A DNA stretch of 64,000 nucleotides from Raillietiella orientalis (Eukaryota): positions 1,240,001 through 1,304,000 of the forward strand of contig JAYWIR010000019.1 in assembly GCA_036172245.1 (NCBI GenBank). The letters run 5' to 3'. The notes below the pieces were generated by a model, which worked only from the letters and a program-made list of their open reading frames with translations, was not told the DNA's origin and did not search any database. Below, piece after piece: positions 12,050 to 23,914 of the stretch (positions within the stretch are counted from its first letter, which is position 1; every line of letters starts with the position of its first letter). Made by a program: the position numbers and the translations under genes.

Positions 12050-12600
12050 GTCGACCTTCGGGTCCTTCCAGGATTCAAGGAGTTCGGAGTTCCCTCTCCG
12101 GTCGTACAATGGAGAGCAGCCCTCCCACACCGGGGGGACCCCTCTGGTTTCAAGATGGAGCAGGAGCCTTCACAAAAACCTGCCAGTTGTTTAGAGGAGC
12201 AGATCCCCCTCTTTCGGGGGGGACCCTCCGAGTCGCTGCCTCTCCAGAAGAGTTCAAGGAATCCCCTTGAGGGAAGCTGCAGAGCCCCTTCTGAATTTCG
12301 TAAGCGTCCCTTCGGGTTCTCTTCAGAGTGAACAGGAGCAGTTCCCTTGAGGGTTCCCTCCGGAGAGGAAATTCCTACTAGCGGATCCTTTCCGAGTTCC
12401 CTTCGGAGAAGATGAAATGGAGAGAACGACCCCCTTTCTGGGGGGTCCCTTCGGAGAGAAGGAGGAAGGAGATTCCCTTCTGGGTTACCCTTCGGAGACA
12501 ACCAGAGTGGGAGGTTTGATTCCCCCTCCCCAAACGTGAGAGGAACGGACTCTGAGTCTTTCTGGATTCATGGAGCAGACCCCCTTCCTGGGTGTCCTTC
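12050..12600. repeat. Degenerate array of hairpin-forming GC-rich repeats (approx. ggagcag-C run-tt-G run-cccttcggag)
   Basis: Units start near 12109, 12195, 12334, 12417, 12467 and 12570, e.g. atggagagaacgaccccctttctggggggtcccttcggag and aggagcagatccccctctttcgggggggaccctccgag. Confidence 0.65.
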
Positions 12601-14199
12601 CTATCTTGAAGAATATCACGCACCCTCCGCGGGTGGTGTGAAACGGTTTATCTACTCTAGAGAAGCTTCCACATAGTTTCTTGCATGCAAATGCTGCCCT
12701 TCACGGCTGTATTTTACTTTATTCTTTTCCTCCTGTTCTGAAGACTTTCCAAATTCATTGATCCTCTTTCATACTATTGACAACCCTGTTTTTGGTAATC
12801 ACTTTGAGCAGAGAAAAAGCAATGATTTCTACACTTCTTTCTGCTCAACAGTTGGAACAGAATACCTGCTTCCATCTGCATTTTTTTTTCCTACGCATTT
12901 GTGTCTAGCACTGGAGTCTGCATGAAATCAAAGCAAAGCCGACCGGAAACCGAAGTGAACGATCTGAGAGAATCCGGGAGGTTTGCAAAAATGAGGATGG
13001 AATTCCAGCATTTCCAAGCTTCGTATTCCGTTGGAGTCCTCGGCTGCATTATCGAGATGACAGATTTTGACAGTGAAAGGATTCAAGGCCTTTTTGCAAC
13101 TTTGAAATTTGACTGAAAGAGAGCAGCTTGAAATCCACAGATATTATCTAAGGGGAAGAAGGAGTATCGTATCGTTACCATGTGTTAAAATGAAGTCGGT
13201 GCCAGCGTATTCATTGCAGAGTTAGCAAAGAGGATTTTTCGTTCTTTCTTTCTTTCTTTTTTTGTCCTCCACTGAAAGAAGTGCGACTCCAATTCGTTCA
13301 GAATACAGAGCAGCCAACCAGCATGGATGGCAACCTGAAATTGCAAATCACGACTCTGCCAAAGGCAATACGGAGACTATGGAAAGTTTTTCTTGGAATC
13401 GAATATCCCCGGAAAAGATCTTGCAGACTGAAGAAAACTCCCAATCCATCAACCTCAGAACGAACCATTGAAGAATCTCGTCGTAATAAAGAAGCAAATG
13501 GGAATAAGCAGTAAGGTTCTTTTTAAATGAATAAATACTTGGCAGCACCTTGCTTGTTTCGGCGAGTATATTTTTACTCACAGAAGAAACAGACATACGA
13601 ATGCAAAAAGAGAAGCGAGAACATTTTACAGCACAAAATCTTCAGAGACAAGACGAGGGTTACGAGGGTGATAGGGAGGAAGTTGTTGAATTCGGATCCC
13701 TTGCATGCATGAGGGAAAGCAGCCATCGTGTTTCGGCTTTTTTTGGAAAATCGCTTCATCTACTGTTGAGGTGGATATTCCTCACTTGCATGAACTCGAG
13801 ACGATCCACCCCGATGGATTGATGCAAAACCCAAGCGTTAGCCACATCTCTGGGGTAAGCCCTGATCTTTCCGAGGGAAAAAAGTGGAACACGGGACAGC
13901 ATGGGAGTTGTGCAGCATGTCAGGATCGGCCGAATTTCTCGGTAGCCCGAGTCATCTGGCCGACACGACGACTCCGGAGTGCGGGTTCGAACACGGTCAC
14001 TCCGGGAAAAAAAACAAAAAACAAGCAAGCCACAAGAAAGAGGAGAAGAAGGGTATCCCCTTAAAAAACAAGAAATGCCAAAAAAAAGAAGTCCCTAAGG
14101 GTGACCACTGGCACGCAGACCGGCTTCCAGGAAGTAGGGAACGGAGGGAGGGGACACTACATAAATAAAAAAAAGATGGGAGGGCAAGGACAGGGATCT

Positions 14200-16380
14200 T
14201 TAATAATAGACGTTTCTGCTCCAGAAGAGAAGGAACATCTAATCGAGTGGCTTCTCTTCAAGAAGAAGTTAGAAGCCACTCTGGATGGTCGCGATCTCCC
14301 TGGCACTTATGGAGTTGAGGCCACCTTGCTGCTTCCTCATGAGGGCTGCTGCTATGCTGGTGGTCTCTCTTTGCCGCGCACTGCACTCCAACACGTGGCG
14401 GGCTGTCACTATGGCGCTGATGCAACAGATCTTTGCGATCACAGCTCCCTTCACAGTGCCCTTGGTGGACCATCGGCTCCATCAATTCCTGTAAGAGAAT
14501 AAACGCCCCGGCGCAATTGGTATGAAAATCACAGCGCCCTTCCTCAGTCCGCTTTCTGTGAAGAGTCGTAGCAAGTCTTTAGCAGTATCCTGCGGTCGAC
14601 GGAGCGCCGGAGCGAGTCTCCGTCACAAGTCCTCGAGGGCACTGCAGTCCAACAGGAGGTGAGGGAGCAGTTCCATCGCTCCGCACCTCCAACAGTTCGG
14701 GAAGGCGGATCCTCCGGAAACCAGGTGTCCGCGCTGATTGCACTGGAATCTCTAGTGCAGAAACAGCATGTTTCCACCGGGGCAAGAATACGGAGGTGTC
14801 CACACAGGGGAGAAACCACGAGTTCTTCTGAGGGGGCACAACGAGCAGATCGCTCCACCAAAGGAGTCCCTTTGCTCGGAAACGAGGAGTGGCGGCGTTC
14901 ACCAACTCGCTCGTCTTGCAGCACCGTTGAAGAGTTTTTCGATTCCTGCCATGTTGCGGAAGAACTTCCAATCCCGCCTGCTGGCGGAGTGTGGTCAGAG
15001 ATCAGACCTTCTATAGAAGATCCACTAGTGTCCCTCCCTCAGCATAAGGACCGTTCCCGCACTCTTCAGATGTCAGCGTGCAGAGGCACTCTCTTTGCAC
15101 TGGGACCACCCGGAGCAGCCAGCCCCAACAACCAGAAGGGCGTTCCTCCGAGGTGCTGGGCGAGGTCGTGCCTGTGACGAGCTGTGATACCCTCCAAAAA
15201 AAGATTCCCCCTGCTCCGGAGCCACGACCTTTCCCTTGAGACCTTCGAGGAGCCGACATCTCGCAGGGAAACAGAACCTCGGGCCATTGTCCTAGTGACT
15301 TCCCTGATGACTGGAGTTGGAAATTTCCAGGGACGCCTGCCCCACGTACGAAATATCTTGGAAACCCTCTGGATTTCGTTGGCCTCTTTCCCTTCACCAC
15401 AATGCTCGCTTCTTTTCTTTATCGTCCCTCTTCCGACCCACTCCAGTGGTTGCCTCACGTCGTCGCTATGGGGGAAAAATCCGTCTGCTGACCACAGAAG
15501 GCGAGTCTGCCGAGGATTCATTTCTCCATGCACGCATCCATTATGCATGCAGGCAAATACCTCGCCACGAAGGGAGTGAAAGCCAATCTCGAAGTCGGAT
15601 GATGTATTTCCATCCGACTCGTGGACCGCGTGCGAGAGATTCTTCGGGTGATTTCATCTCGGTACGCGACCTCAGCCGCGGACTTTCCCCCTTCGGGTAA
15701 CAGCTTCGCAGGCTTCCCCTTTGTTTGTTCTAGCTCAGATTTCCTCTAGGACCGTGGAGCCCACGAAGTGCCAATCGAAGCGGATGGGATGGTAAGTGGA
15801 CTGCATGTGGACTTCGAAAGGGCAACATCCTGAAAACTCTGCTTGGAGTTTCAGGACGACTGAGTGCTCTTCGCTTCCAGAGGAAGAGGTCAATCGATGA
15901 ATCAAGAACCACTGGTGTCAAGTTGCTCTTAACCCACTTCCGGTTTTGAATCTTCAAGATGTCTCCGGAAAGAGCGGGAGAGGTGGTGCATAGAGGAGGA
16001 ACGCTCAGCATTAGGCGAAGTCATCTCAGTGTCGGCGAAGCCGGTGATCCTTCCTCGGAGACGCATAGGGACGCCTCCCAGTCTGTCCACGTGGTCCGCG
16101 ACCTCCCACAGCTTGGCCCGCAGTGTGCGGGATGCTGGTCTGCGTTCTTTCGGCTGCTCAAGGGCCAATTCATAAGGTCTCAATCGTGGCGCTCCGGGGG
16201 CAGCACGCCTCCCACTGGCAGACAACTAGATCCAAACTGACCTTCCTCAGACTCGACATGGAGACCTCGAGTTCCACTCGTAGGCTGAGGGCAAGAAGGG
16301 GAGGCAGAGTCCCTCCCCCCTTCTTGTCCTCAGCCTCCTTGAGTTTCCGGAGACACGCATGAAAGGGGCGGAGCGCCATT
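14200..16380 (-). mobile_element. Decayed non-LTR retrotransposon (RT, possible RNase H and C-terminal CCHC; I-group-like)
   Basis: In order on the minus strand: LRPYEL (cf. YRPISL), ALSGDILKIQNRKW (cf. ALFLDIEKAFDRVW), MNPRQTRLLW (cf. INPxKTxLL), SKIFRTWGRRPW (cf. NILRxLSGxxWG), LCGHLRI (cf. WxPGHxGI), TARHVLECSAR (cf. ETxxHVLxEC). Many frameshifts and stops. Confidence 0.5.
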
Positions 16381-18349
16381 TTAGGAGCGACTTCTTGCCG
16401 GCGGTCGCGTCAGTTCCAGTAAGAGCTCTGCTGAGGTACGGAAGATGAAGCAAAAGACATCCGAAACGAAATTTCGGGTTAACGATAACACGTGGTTCCT
16501 CTCCCCATGAGCTTCTTTCGGAACAGCACTTGATCTCTATTTGTTTGAATGGATAGTATTTATCCTCGCTACCGGAAGTCGCCCTCATCGAATCGCAGGC
16601 GTTTCCCTGAGATTGTTCCGATGCTTCTGGGTTGCCAGCCTCCCTCCTCCTCCTCCTCCTCCCTTGCACTCAGACAAAAGCTTTCCGACGCGGGTGGACA
16701 CCCGGTCTGCACTCCCCGTGCACATAGAGGGAAACTAAGTGTTTCCTTCTTGTACGCTCCGCCTGCCCTCGGAGAATTTTCGATTCCCGAGGTATCCTGC
16801 CGTTGTCCAGGCCTCGGCACCCCTAGAGATTCCGCGAAGGCTGCTTGCAGGAGCGAGCAGGCAACTCTAGTGGAGGCATTGGGGAGAAGGCGGAACGGGG
16901 CTGGTCTTCGACTGCTTGCTCTTCGCTTCTCTCGGCGCTGCTGAAGACTAGACGGCACCATCGCTTCTCCTCGCGGAGCCCTGGTCTCCGGCCTCAGCGC
17001 CGCCAAGCGACCCGCTCCCGTTTTTTTTTTTTCGTGATTTTGGTTGTCGATCCCTTCCGCGGTACCACACCGCGGTTGCAGATGCATCCGTTGGGAACTA
17101 AGGATTCCTTTCACCTTCCGTTCCTCCTGCCATTGCCAATCTGAGCCGTTCTGGCCGGTGCTGCCCTCGCTGGTGGGAGATCGAGTCACGCCGCACACGT
17201 AAATCTACGAAGCAAAGCTCTCCGTTGGCCAAGAAAAACGGGTCCATGCTCCGATGCTTCAAGGAGCAGCCGTGAGCACAGCAACCACAGCTACCAGCTC
17301 GCTCTCCAGGAGCTGTGAAAGGGGAATCCCGAAACCGAGCCCGTGAAATGGCTATGGCCCACGAACTCTTTTCTCACCGACGTTTTCTTTTCCCTCACTG
17401 CCGGAAAGGCTCGCCAAGTGATCGTTCTTTCTGCTTCCAGCTCCTCCGCAGGATGAAGGTCGGAGATGCGCGTTGGTGTTCCGGAGGTGTCCTCGGGGCT
17501 CACGTGCTAGAGTCTTCAGATCGTCATTCGAAGGAGGAGAATGGTTTCCTTCAGGGGAATGACTATCAGCTGGGGCGATGAACTCGGATCAGAGCCCACA
17601 AGACGAGGAATAACAGCCCAGCGACTTAAAAAGAATCTTTCCTGGCGAAAGGAAACGGCCGCTGGAGAGTTTTTTTTTTCTTCGGTGGGGCAGCGCGTGA
17701 TTTCACTTGTGGAAGGGACTTGACGAGGATTCCGGGATGGAATCTTGGAACGCTTCTCCTGCAGAGTGAAAGCATCGCCTGGAATGCCTACCCGAGTTGC
17801 TGGAAATTGTTCCACGCATGCGCTGAAGGTTGCGCGTGAGTCGCCGGCACTCCGCTTAGTGTGTGGCGTCCACGCGTCGCGGTTTACTGCGGTACCACGA
17901 AGAGCCGGTGCGTGTGCAGCGAATTCCCGAGATCCCCCTCTCTCTTTTCCGGAGGTCACAGTGTCAGGTTTCTTCTTCCTCACATTAGAAAGTTCCCATT
18001 TCTTTTTTTTTTTCCACTTCGGACTCGGCTCGGCTACTGAAGCGAAACAGTCTGGATGGATCTCGTTCGTCGTCCCCCGTTAGCTTCTGGTTGGTCTCCG
18101 TTCCGTTTCTTGTGCCAGATGATTTCTGGATGGAAGTCTTCCCATCTGGACTTGAAAATCCTCCTTTTTTCTTTTTTTTTCCTCTTCCGGTTCGATTTGA
18201 AATTCCAGATGAAATGCACGACTTTCATTACATGAAATCAAGGGTGCACCACCCCACATCCTTAGATTCTTACGTCCTCGAGAAAAAAAAACTCTTCCTT
18301 GAAAAACCAGCTACTTTAAATGATAACTTGTTTTATAGGATTCAGTTTG

Positions 18350-19330
18350 TGTGATTTACATGCGGCGGAATTTAATGCAGGCAGTTCCAAAAAGCTTCTT
18401 CCATGGTGTCAAAAGTGTTTTGAAAAAAAAAATGCTGACTACTTGGAAAAATGACATGGGGATGGATGTGTTTAGAACCACCAATGCGTTTTTGTTTCCC
18501 CTATTTGTTCGTTCTTTATATTCAATCCTCCCTTACTTTTGAGACGCGCCTCGTATTTATATAACGCCTGGGATGAAATATAACAACTGTAATAATATTC
18601 TTGGGAAGGAATCGAAGATCCATTAGATTTATGAACTTTTTTTTCTTGTAGGCTAACTGTTGGATGAAGTTAACTCCGAGATTAACTTTGTTTTTCTCCG
18701 GAGCATTCCAGATTGCCGATCTCCATGTTGCCACGCAGTTTTGTTCTTTGGAGGACTCTGTGTATATTTCGCCCACAGTCGGCAAAGAGAAGCACCCTTT
18801 ACGCCTCATTTACTAGGGTGAAGTCTGCAGCGCAGCTTCCATCTTCAGACCTCTCATCCGGTGAGGAAAAAACTTCCCGCCCTTCTTTTGTGCCCCGGCA
18901 GCTCCCTTTCCCGATTCTCAGTGCAGTGGCAAATCGAAGATTTCAATCCCACGTGCATATGATGCCAACAAAACGCTGACAGAGTCTCCTGGAGCACGTC
19001 CGAGGTCGACAAGAGCGAGAGATTCGAGGTCAAGTATCGGATCGTAGTGACGGACTCTTCATTCGTGCAACCGATCTCGTGGAGACGAGGTCCTCCGCAG
19101 CTTCCACTATCCTGAGATTCTACGAATGTCTAGCCGGAATTTTATCCCAGAAGATCACCCAAGACATGTTCCCGGTAAATGCTCCTGTATAAGCCGGATA
19201 CGGAAGTCCATCAGTTTTTTTATGGTTCCTCCGTGTGTACTGGGAATCCCAATTTTCTTGAGTAGTTCTTCGTTTCCATGCTTCCCGGGACCTTCATCTG
19301 ACCTAAGCCGGTACTCCTCTGTCTGCGAAA
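18350..19330 (+). mobile_element. Decayed piggyBac transposase (PGBD-like) fragment
   Basis: Ordered motifs: TWKNDMGMDVFRTT (cf. LWxxDGxGxEIFRATM), TV/DEV (cf. TIDEQL), LEDSVYISPTVGKE (cf. LVDxxTxYxxxxxYxGK), PEILR...KCSCISRIRKSISFF...VLGI (cf. KPEII...YSCSRxTRRWPxxFF...AGIN). Confidence 0.55.
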
Positions 19331-19987
19331 ACGGATAGAAAGTTTCCTCTATTTGGTCTCTTTACCTTGTCACCGTTACGAAGACACTTCTCTGACTTCT
19401 TTCTTGCTCCAAATGCAGCTTGCGCATCATGGCAACACGATGGACAGACGAAATCACAACTTTCGTCAGCCCTTGGATTCACATGCCTTTTCTCCATGTC
19501 TTCTGCGGCACTGTGACTGCATGTTCGGATGGCTGTGCAGCCAAACGGGAGCCACTAAACGAAGCACCCATGGTGCCTCAAGTTGCCGTCCCATTTCCGA
19601 TCTCATTCCGCGTCAAGAGTAATGGAGTGACAAAGCATTCGCTCTTCATCACGTAGCTATGGAATGAGATGCCCTTTCGGAAGGAAACCAGGAGGTTTGG
19701 AACCTTCCATGCGAATCGTGTCAACTTTTCGAGCTCAAATTAATATGTGAAGGTAATACTGGACAGTACGTATTAATGACAACATCCGCATGTGGCAGGA
19801 AAAAACCCTAAAGTATCATTTGCTGCTGTCTCCATATTTTTAAAATCCTGTTTGGAAAAGTCTCAAATTTTACGAAGCTACGAATGGGCCCCAAACAAAT
19901 CGCCTTCATGTCCTATGGCACCAGCTGCAACTACATGCTTTCAGAGACACACAGTAGTTGCTCCATTCTCTTCAGAAGGGAGGAGGA

Positions 19988-19989
<2 letters not shown>

Positions 19990-20020
<31 letters not shown>
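19990..20020. repeat. (GT)15 microsatellite
   Basis: Direct observation. Confidence 0.95.
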
Positions 20021-20022
<2 letters not shown>

Positions 20023-20029
20023 ATTCATT

Positions 20030-21600
20030 CAAAGGCATGCATTCTTATTTCGGACTCGGACAAGTTCGCCAAAACTACAGCCTCGGCATTCCCATTGGGC
20101 GGTACGCAGCCATAGTTTTCGTTCTCTTACCGATGAAACTAAGATGGGAGGCATCCGTCCGACTACATGGGATCGCAATTCCCGATCACCGCTACACTTC
20201 CAAACGCACTTTCTGGAATTCCGTATGAACAGCTGTTCTTTCACGCGTAGCCACTCGTCGAGGCCATCAATAATCATCAATAATAGCTGAATAAAAGTGC
20301 CACTAAGCAGCAAGGGCAGGGTGCCTAAACAGCATCGGAGACCAAGCTTTCGAGAAAAGCATGTGGCATCCTTGAAAATCGGTCGCATCCGTGACCAACA
20401 AAAGGTTTCCCTGCATCAGTTTTGAATTCCCGGAATACTCCGCTGCTCCGGGAAACTTTTTCGGCGACCCATAGCAAGCGCGGCATTCCGATCCATCTCC
20501 AGCGGCAGACCGCTTCGACCGCTGTGACCACGCTACGATGTGCAAAGTATGGGACTGATAAATGCTTTGTAGGCAGTCCTAATGCCAAATGGCAATCACG
20601 AGGATTCACTTGGGAATTTCCTTGAAGATTAGCAGGCTCCAAATCGAGCTTTCATGGTAGACGATGTACCGGGAAGAAATCTTTTTGCGACACAGTTGTG
20701 GGTGAAAAGTTATTGTACGTACGCTCCCGAAAACCATGGTGTTCAAAACAATGATTTGGAGTTGCGTTGGGAGCAGCATTTGTAAAATAGGATGGAAGAG
20801 GTATTATGGAGGAGCATTCCTCTTCAAAATGTAATTTCTTCAGGGTATCCGTTGTGCTGCAGACAAATTTTTCCATGATGGAGAGTCTTGGCGTTCTTGT
20901 ACAGTGACTTTGCATCCCCCGCAAACCTCAGCACTCGCTGTTGATCTCCGACGGTGTTCCTCAAACCCCAACTGTGAAAAATTTTGCAAAGCTGCGTAGC
21001 TGTCGAAAATTCTCCCTCGTTTTCCTAAAAAATTGGTCATGAGATTTCCAAAGCGAAATCCCCCGCCATCGGCTGCGACGAAACTTCCAAAGCGAAGGTT
21101 CCCTCGGGGCCGATGGCGTCTTCATCCACAGGCTGAAGCAAGAGACCTGTTTGAGGAAAAGCAGCACTCGAAATTCTGAGTGCACTTCCATAAGTGACCG
21201 AAGTCTGACTTGTCCAATGGAATAAAAGCTTTAGTGTGAGATTATTATTTAGCAAATAATCTTTTACCGTTGACTGCGGATGCGTAGCAAAGTCAGTCTT
21301 GAAAATTGGTAGCTGTCACGCAAGCGCTGTCCAATCTTCCTGTCGTACAAATGAGGTGGTTGTGTCTCGAATCAACAGTTTGTTGCACACTCATCAAGAG
21401 GCAAGATAAGTCTATCCTTGTCTGCCTTATGTCTAAGAGCAAACTTTTTGCTAGCAGCTGAAAGTTTCGACTAGTTCGGAGTAGTACTTTCGGTCAGAAT
21501 TCTTACATATTTAGAAACATAATGGACAACTTAGGCAATCACTGCCAGCTAGAGGTGACATTTGCATGCATTTTTGCCTGTCTCTTCACCAATAATCTTG
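20030..21600 (-). mobile_element. Decayed Helitron RepHel fragment (Rep remnant upstream of PIF1 helicase remnant)
   Basis: Minus-strand order: MHANV...VVHYVSKYV (~21570-21505, Rep-like), GAAEYSGNSKLMQ (Walker A-like, ~20440), QLLLMIIDG..LDEWLR (Walker B region), AFGSVAVIGNCDPM* (cf. PIF1 motif III PFGGxxVIxxGDxxQ, ~20200), FGELVRVR (after motif IV). Confidence 0.5.
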
Positions 21601-23914
21601 ATGCCATTTCGAACAGTTTTGCCTTCTTAATCTATCGAATAGGGCATGACTGCAGAAAACGGAGTCCCTAAAAATGAGTACACTTCGTTTTCTTAAATGT
21701 TCATGGACCTTTGGTCATCGGAGAATAAGGTCTCGAAGCAGCAACTGGCTTTTGTATATGATCATCCAGCCAAATTTTGAGGATGTAGCCATTTTATCCA
21801 AATCTCGTAAGATACCCCTTTATAGGTTAATTAATCCATAGAGTTCTGATCCATAAGTTTTCAACTTTCCTAATGTTTCATGTAATTTGAAATTCAGCTT
21901 CAGGTGCCATCATTTGTTGAGACAATACCAACTCAAAGAACGCGTGTTGCCAGCACGTCTCACCATCGCCCACTTTCTTAACATGTGGATTCTCGTTCCA
22001 GACCTCCTCCACGTACGTTTCCAAAGCTGCTCCTCGCATCATATTTTTTCCCATTCTTCCTTGTGTTCAGCTGCTGCATCGAAAAGATGCATCTCAAGCA
22101 AACCAGCCGTCCCACAGCGGCCGAGGAAGACGATCGGAAAGAGGCGACAGATGCATTACGCTGTGAATTTATTGAATGTCTCCATTATAGAATCGAGACG
22201 AAAAGTTTTGCTTTTTTTTTGCCTCTATTTTGCTAGCATTTATGTGTTTGGGTGAAACGGGATCGTTTCGGGGAAAGCATCCGTTTGAAGATCTGGACAG
22301 ATCGTGGCACCCATAGCCATCGGATGAAGCAGATGATGGGGAGCGCAGGGCACACTCCGTCTTCCTGATCTCTATTTCAGTCTTATTCTAACGAAACAGA
22401 GGCAGAGTTTACCTTGCAGCTATTCACAAATCAGAGGAGAGGGAGAAAAAAAAAAAAAAAAATGCACTATCATGTGCATATCGACTCGCTTGGTTTAGAG
22501 TCCTTAATGTTAAATGTGATAAGCTTTTGGAACGATTCCGTGACCGTTTTTCATGATTTTCTTGCAGAAAATCACTCATTTTTAGGGCATTGAATGTTTC
22601 CCAATTCTGTTGGTCTGTGACCAGTAGGGAGCTAACATCCTTTGGAGTATGTTGCAGCCCAAAGCATGAGGGGACAAACTCACACACATGGGGTTAATGA
22701 TTCTTCGTTGGGATGAAGTTTCCATAGTGGGGTCTAAATTCGGCTTTCACCTGGACACCAATTGCCAAGTTATCCCATTTCTGGAGAACTGATGAAGTGA
22801 CCCAGAAGTTATTTCTTCTGCTAAGAGAATCCCTTGGAGTGTCTGTTTCGCTTATTTTATTTTTTTTGAACGAAAATGTAAGGTAAGTGGGCTTGTGATT
22901 AAACTGAGTTTATTTACCCCAGTTGACATTCTCTAGAGATCGGAATAATACAATGCTTAACGGCTTTGCATTCTCTATCGTTTCTTATGTTCATTTGTTT
23001 GTTGATTTGTAGATTGCCCTATTTTATCATTCAAAAAGTGAAGGCGTAAAAATAAAATCAAACAGGCTTCTTTTCAGTTATGTGTCCGCCATAATGATCT
23101 AACGGATTTTGGGTCACTTCTGATCTCGCAATTACCTGGCACTCATCGGAGTGTCCTTAAAAAGCACGTATGGATTTCTCCAAGAATGGGAACCACGACA
23201 GTGAAAAGCAGTTGTAGTAGGGCACATGCAGGTCAATCGGATCGACTACGGAAACAGTTATGGGGTACTTTGGTCAGCTTACTCCTGTGGGGTGAGTGCA
23301 TGCTACTTCTTCGTTAAGCTTTAAGGGGCCACAAAACCCTGAGAACTGCCAATAAAAAAGGGTGGAAATTTGAAGATGAGCAGGATTTTTTCTGCATTCA
23401 GTTTTAAGCCATTCGTATGCATCTTTGTTGGGTTTATTTTTTAGGCTTTGCTTAGCCCCCACCCCACATTCTGTCTGAATCCACGAAGCTGTGTGTAGCG
23501 TACGGATATCCCATGCCACATCATCCCAATTACATTGTTTAACTCTTTCACAACAAATCTCCAATGCATTTGAATGGTCTCTCAATTGGAAAAAAAATGA
23601 AAAGGAATGCAATCCCGTTTTAGTCACAAATTTTTTATAGCATAGTTTTCCAAATTGAACAAAATACTGATGCAAGAAAGTGGGCACCGTTAGAGTCCTT
23701 ATTACCAGTTTTTAAAAATGCAATTAAACTGTAATGCTAATATCCACTTAAAGGTTCAGTCAAAGTGTTCACATATTTAGATATTCGTGCCTATTTAGGC
23801 AATCATTTTCTGTATATAGAAAGTAGTGGATACCAAATCATCTGGGATCAACCACAGTAAAGCCTACATTCTTCACTTAATCTCACAGCCTATGCTATAT
23901 CTAATGCAAGTGAC

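Noticed and set aside
11560..12501. 313-aa minus-strand ORF
   Set aside because: Overlaps the antisense strand of the 28S fragment and the repeat array; no ATG start or domain, and openness is explained by composition.
12050..12600. CRISPR-like repeat-spacer interpretation of the hairpin array
   Set aside because: Repeats are too divergent and irregularly spaced, there are no cas genes, and the context is eukaryotic.
13262..13514. RTE-like C-terminal motif (SFSWNRISPEKILQ)
   Set aside because: Single weak motif without supporting upstream RT motifs.
20240..20300. NACHT/NLR Walker B motif LLMIIDGLDE
   Set aside because: Neighbouring motifs fit a PIF1 helicase relic better, and there is no intact NACHT ORF.
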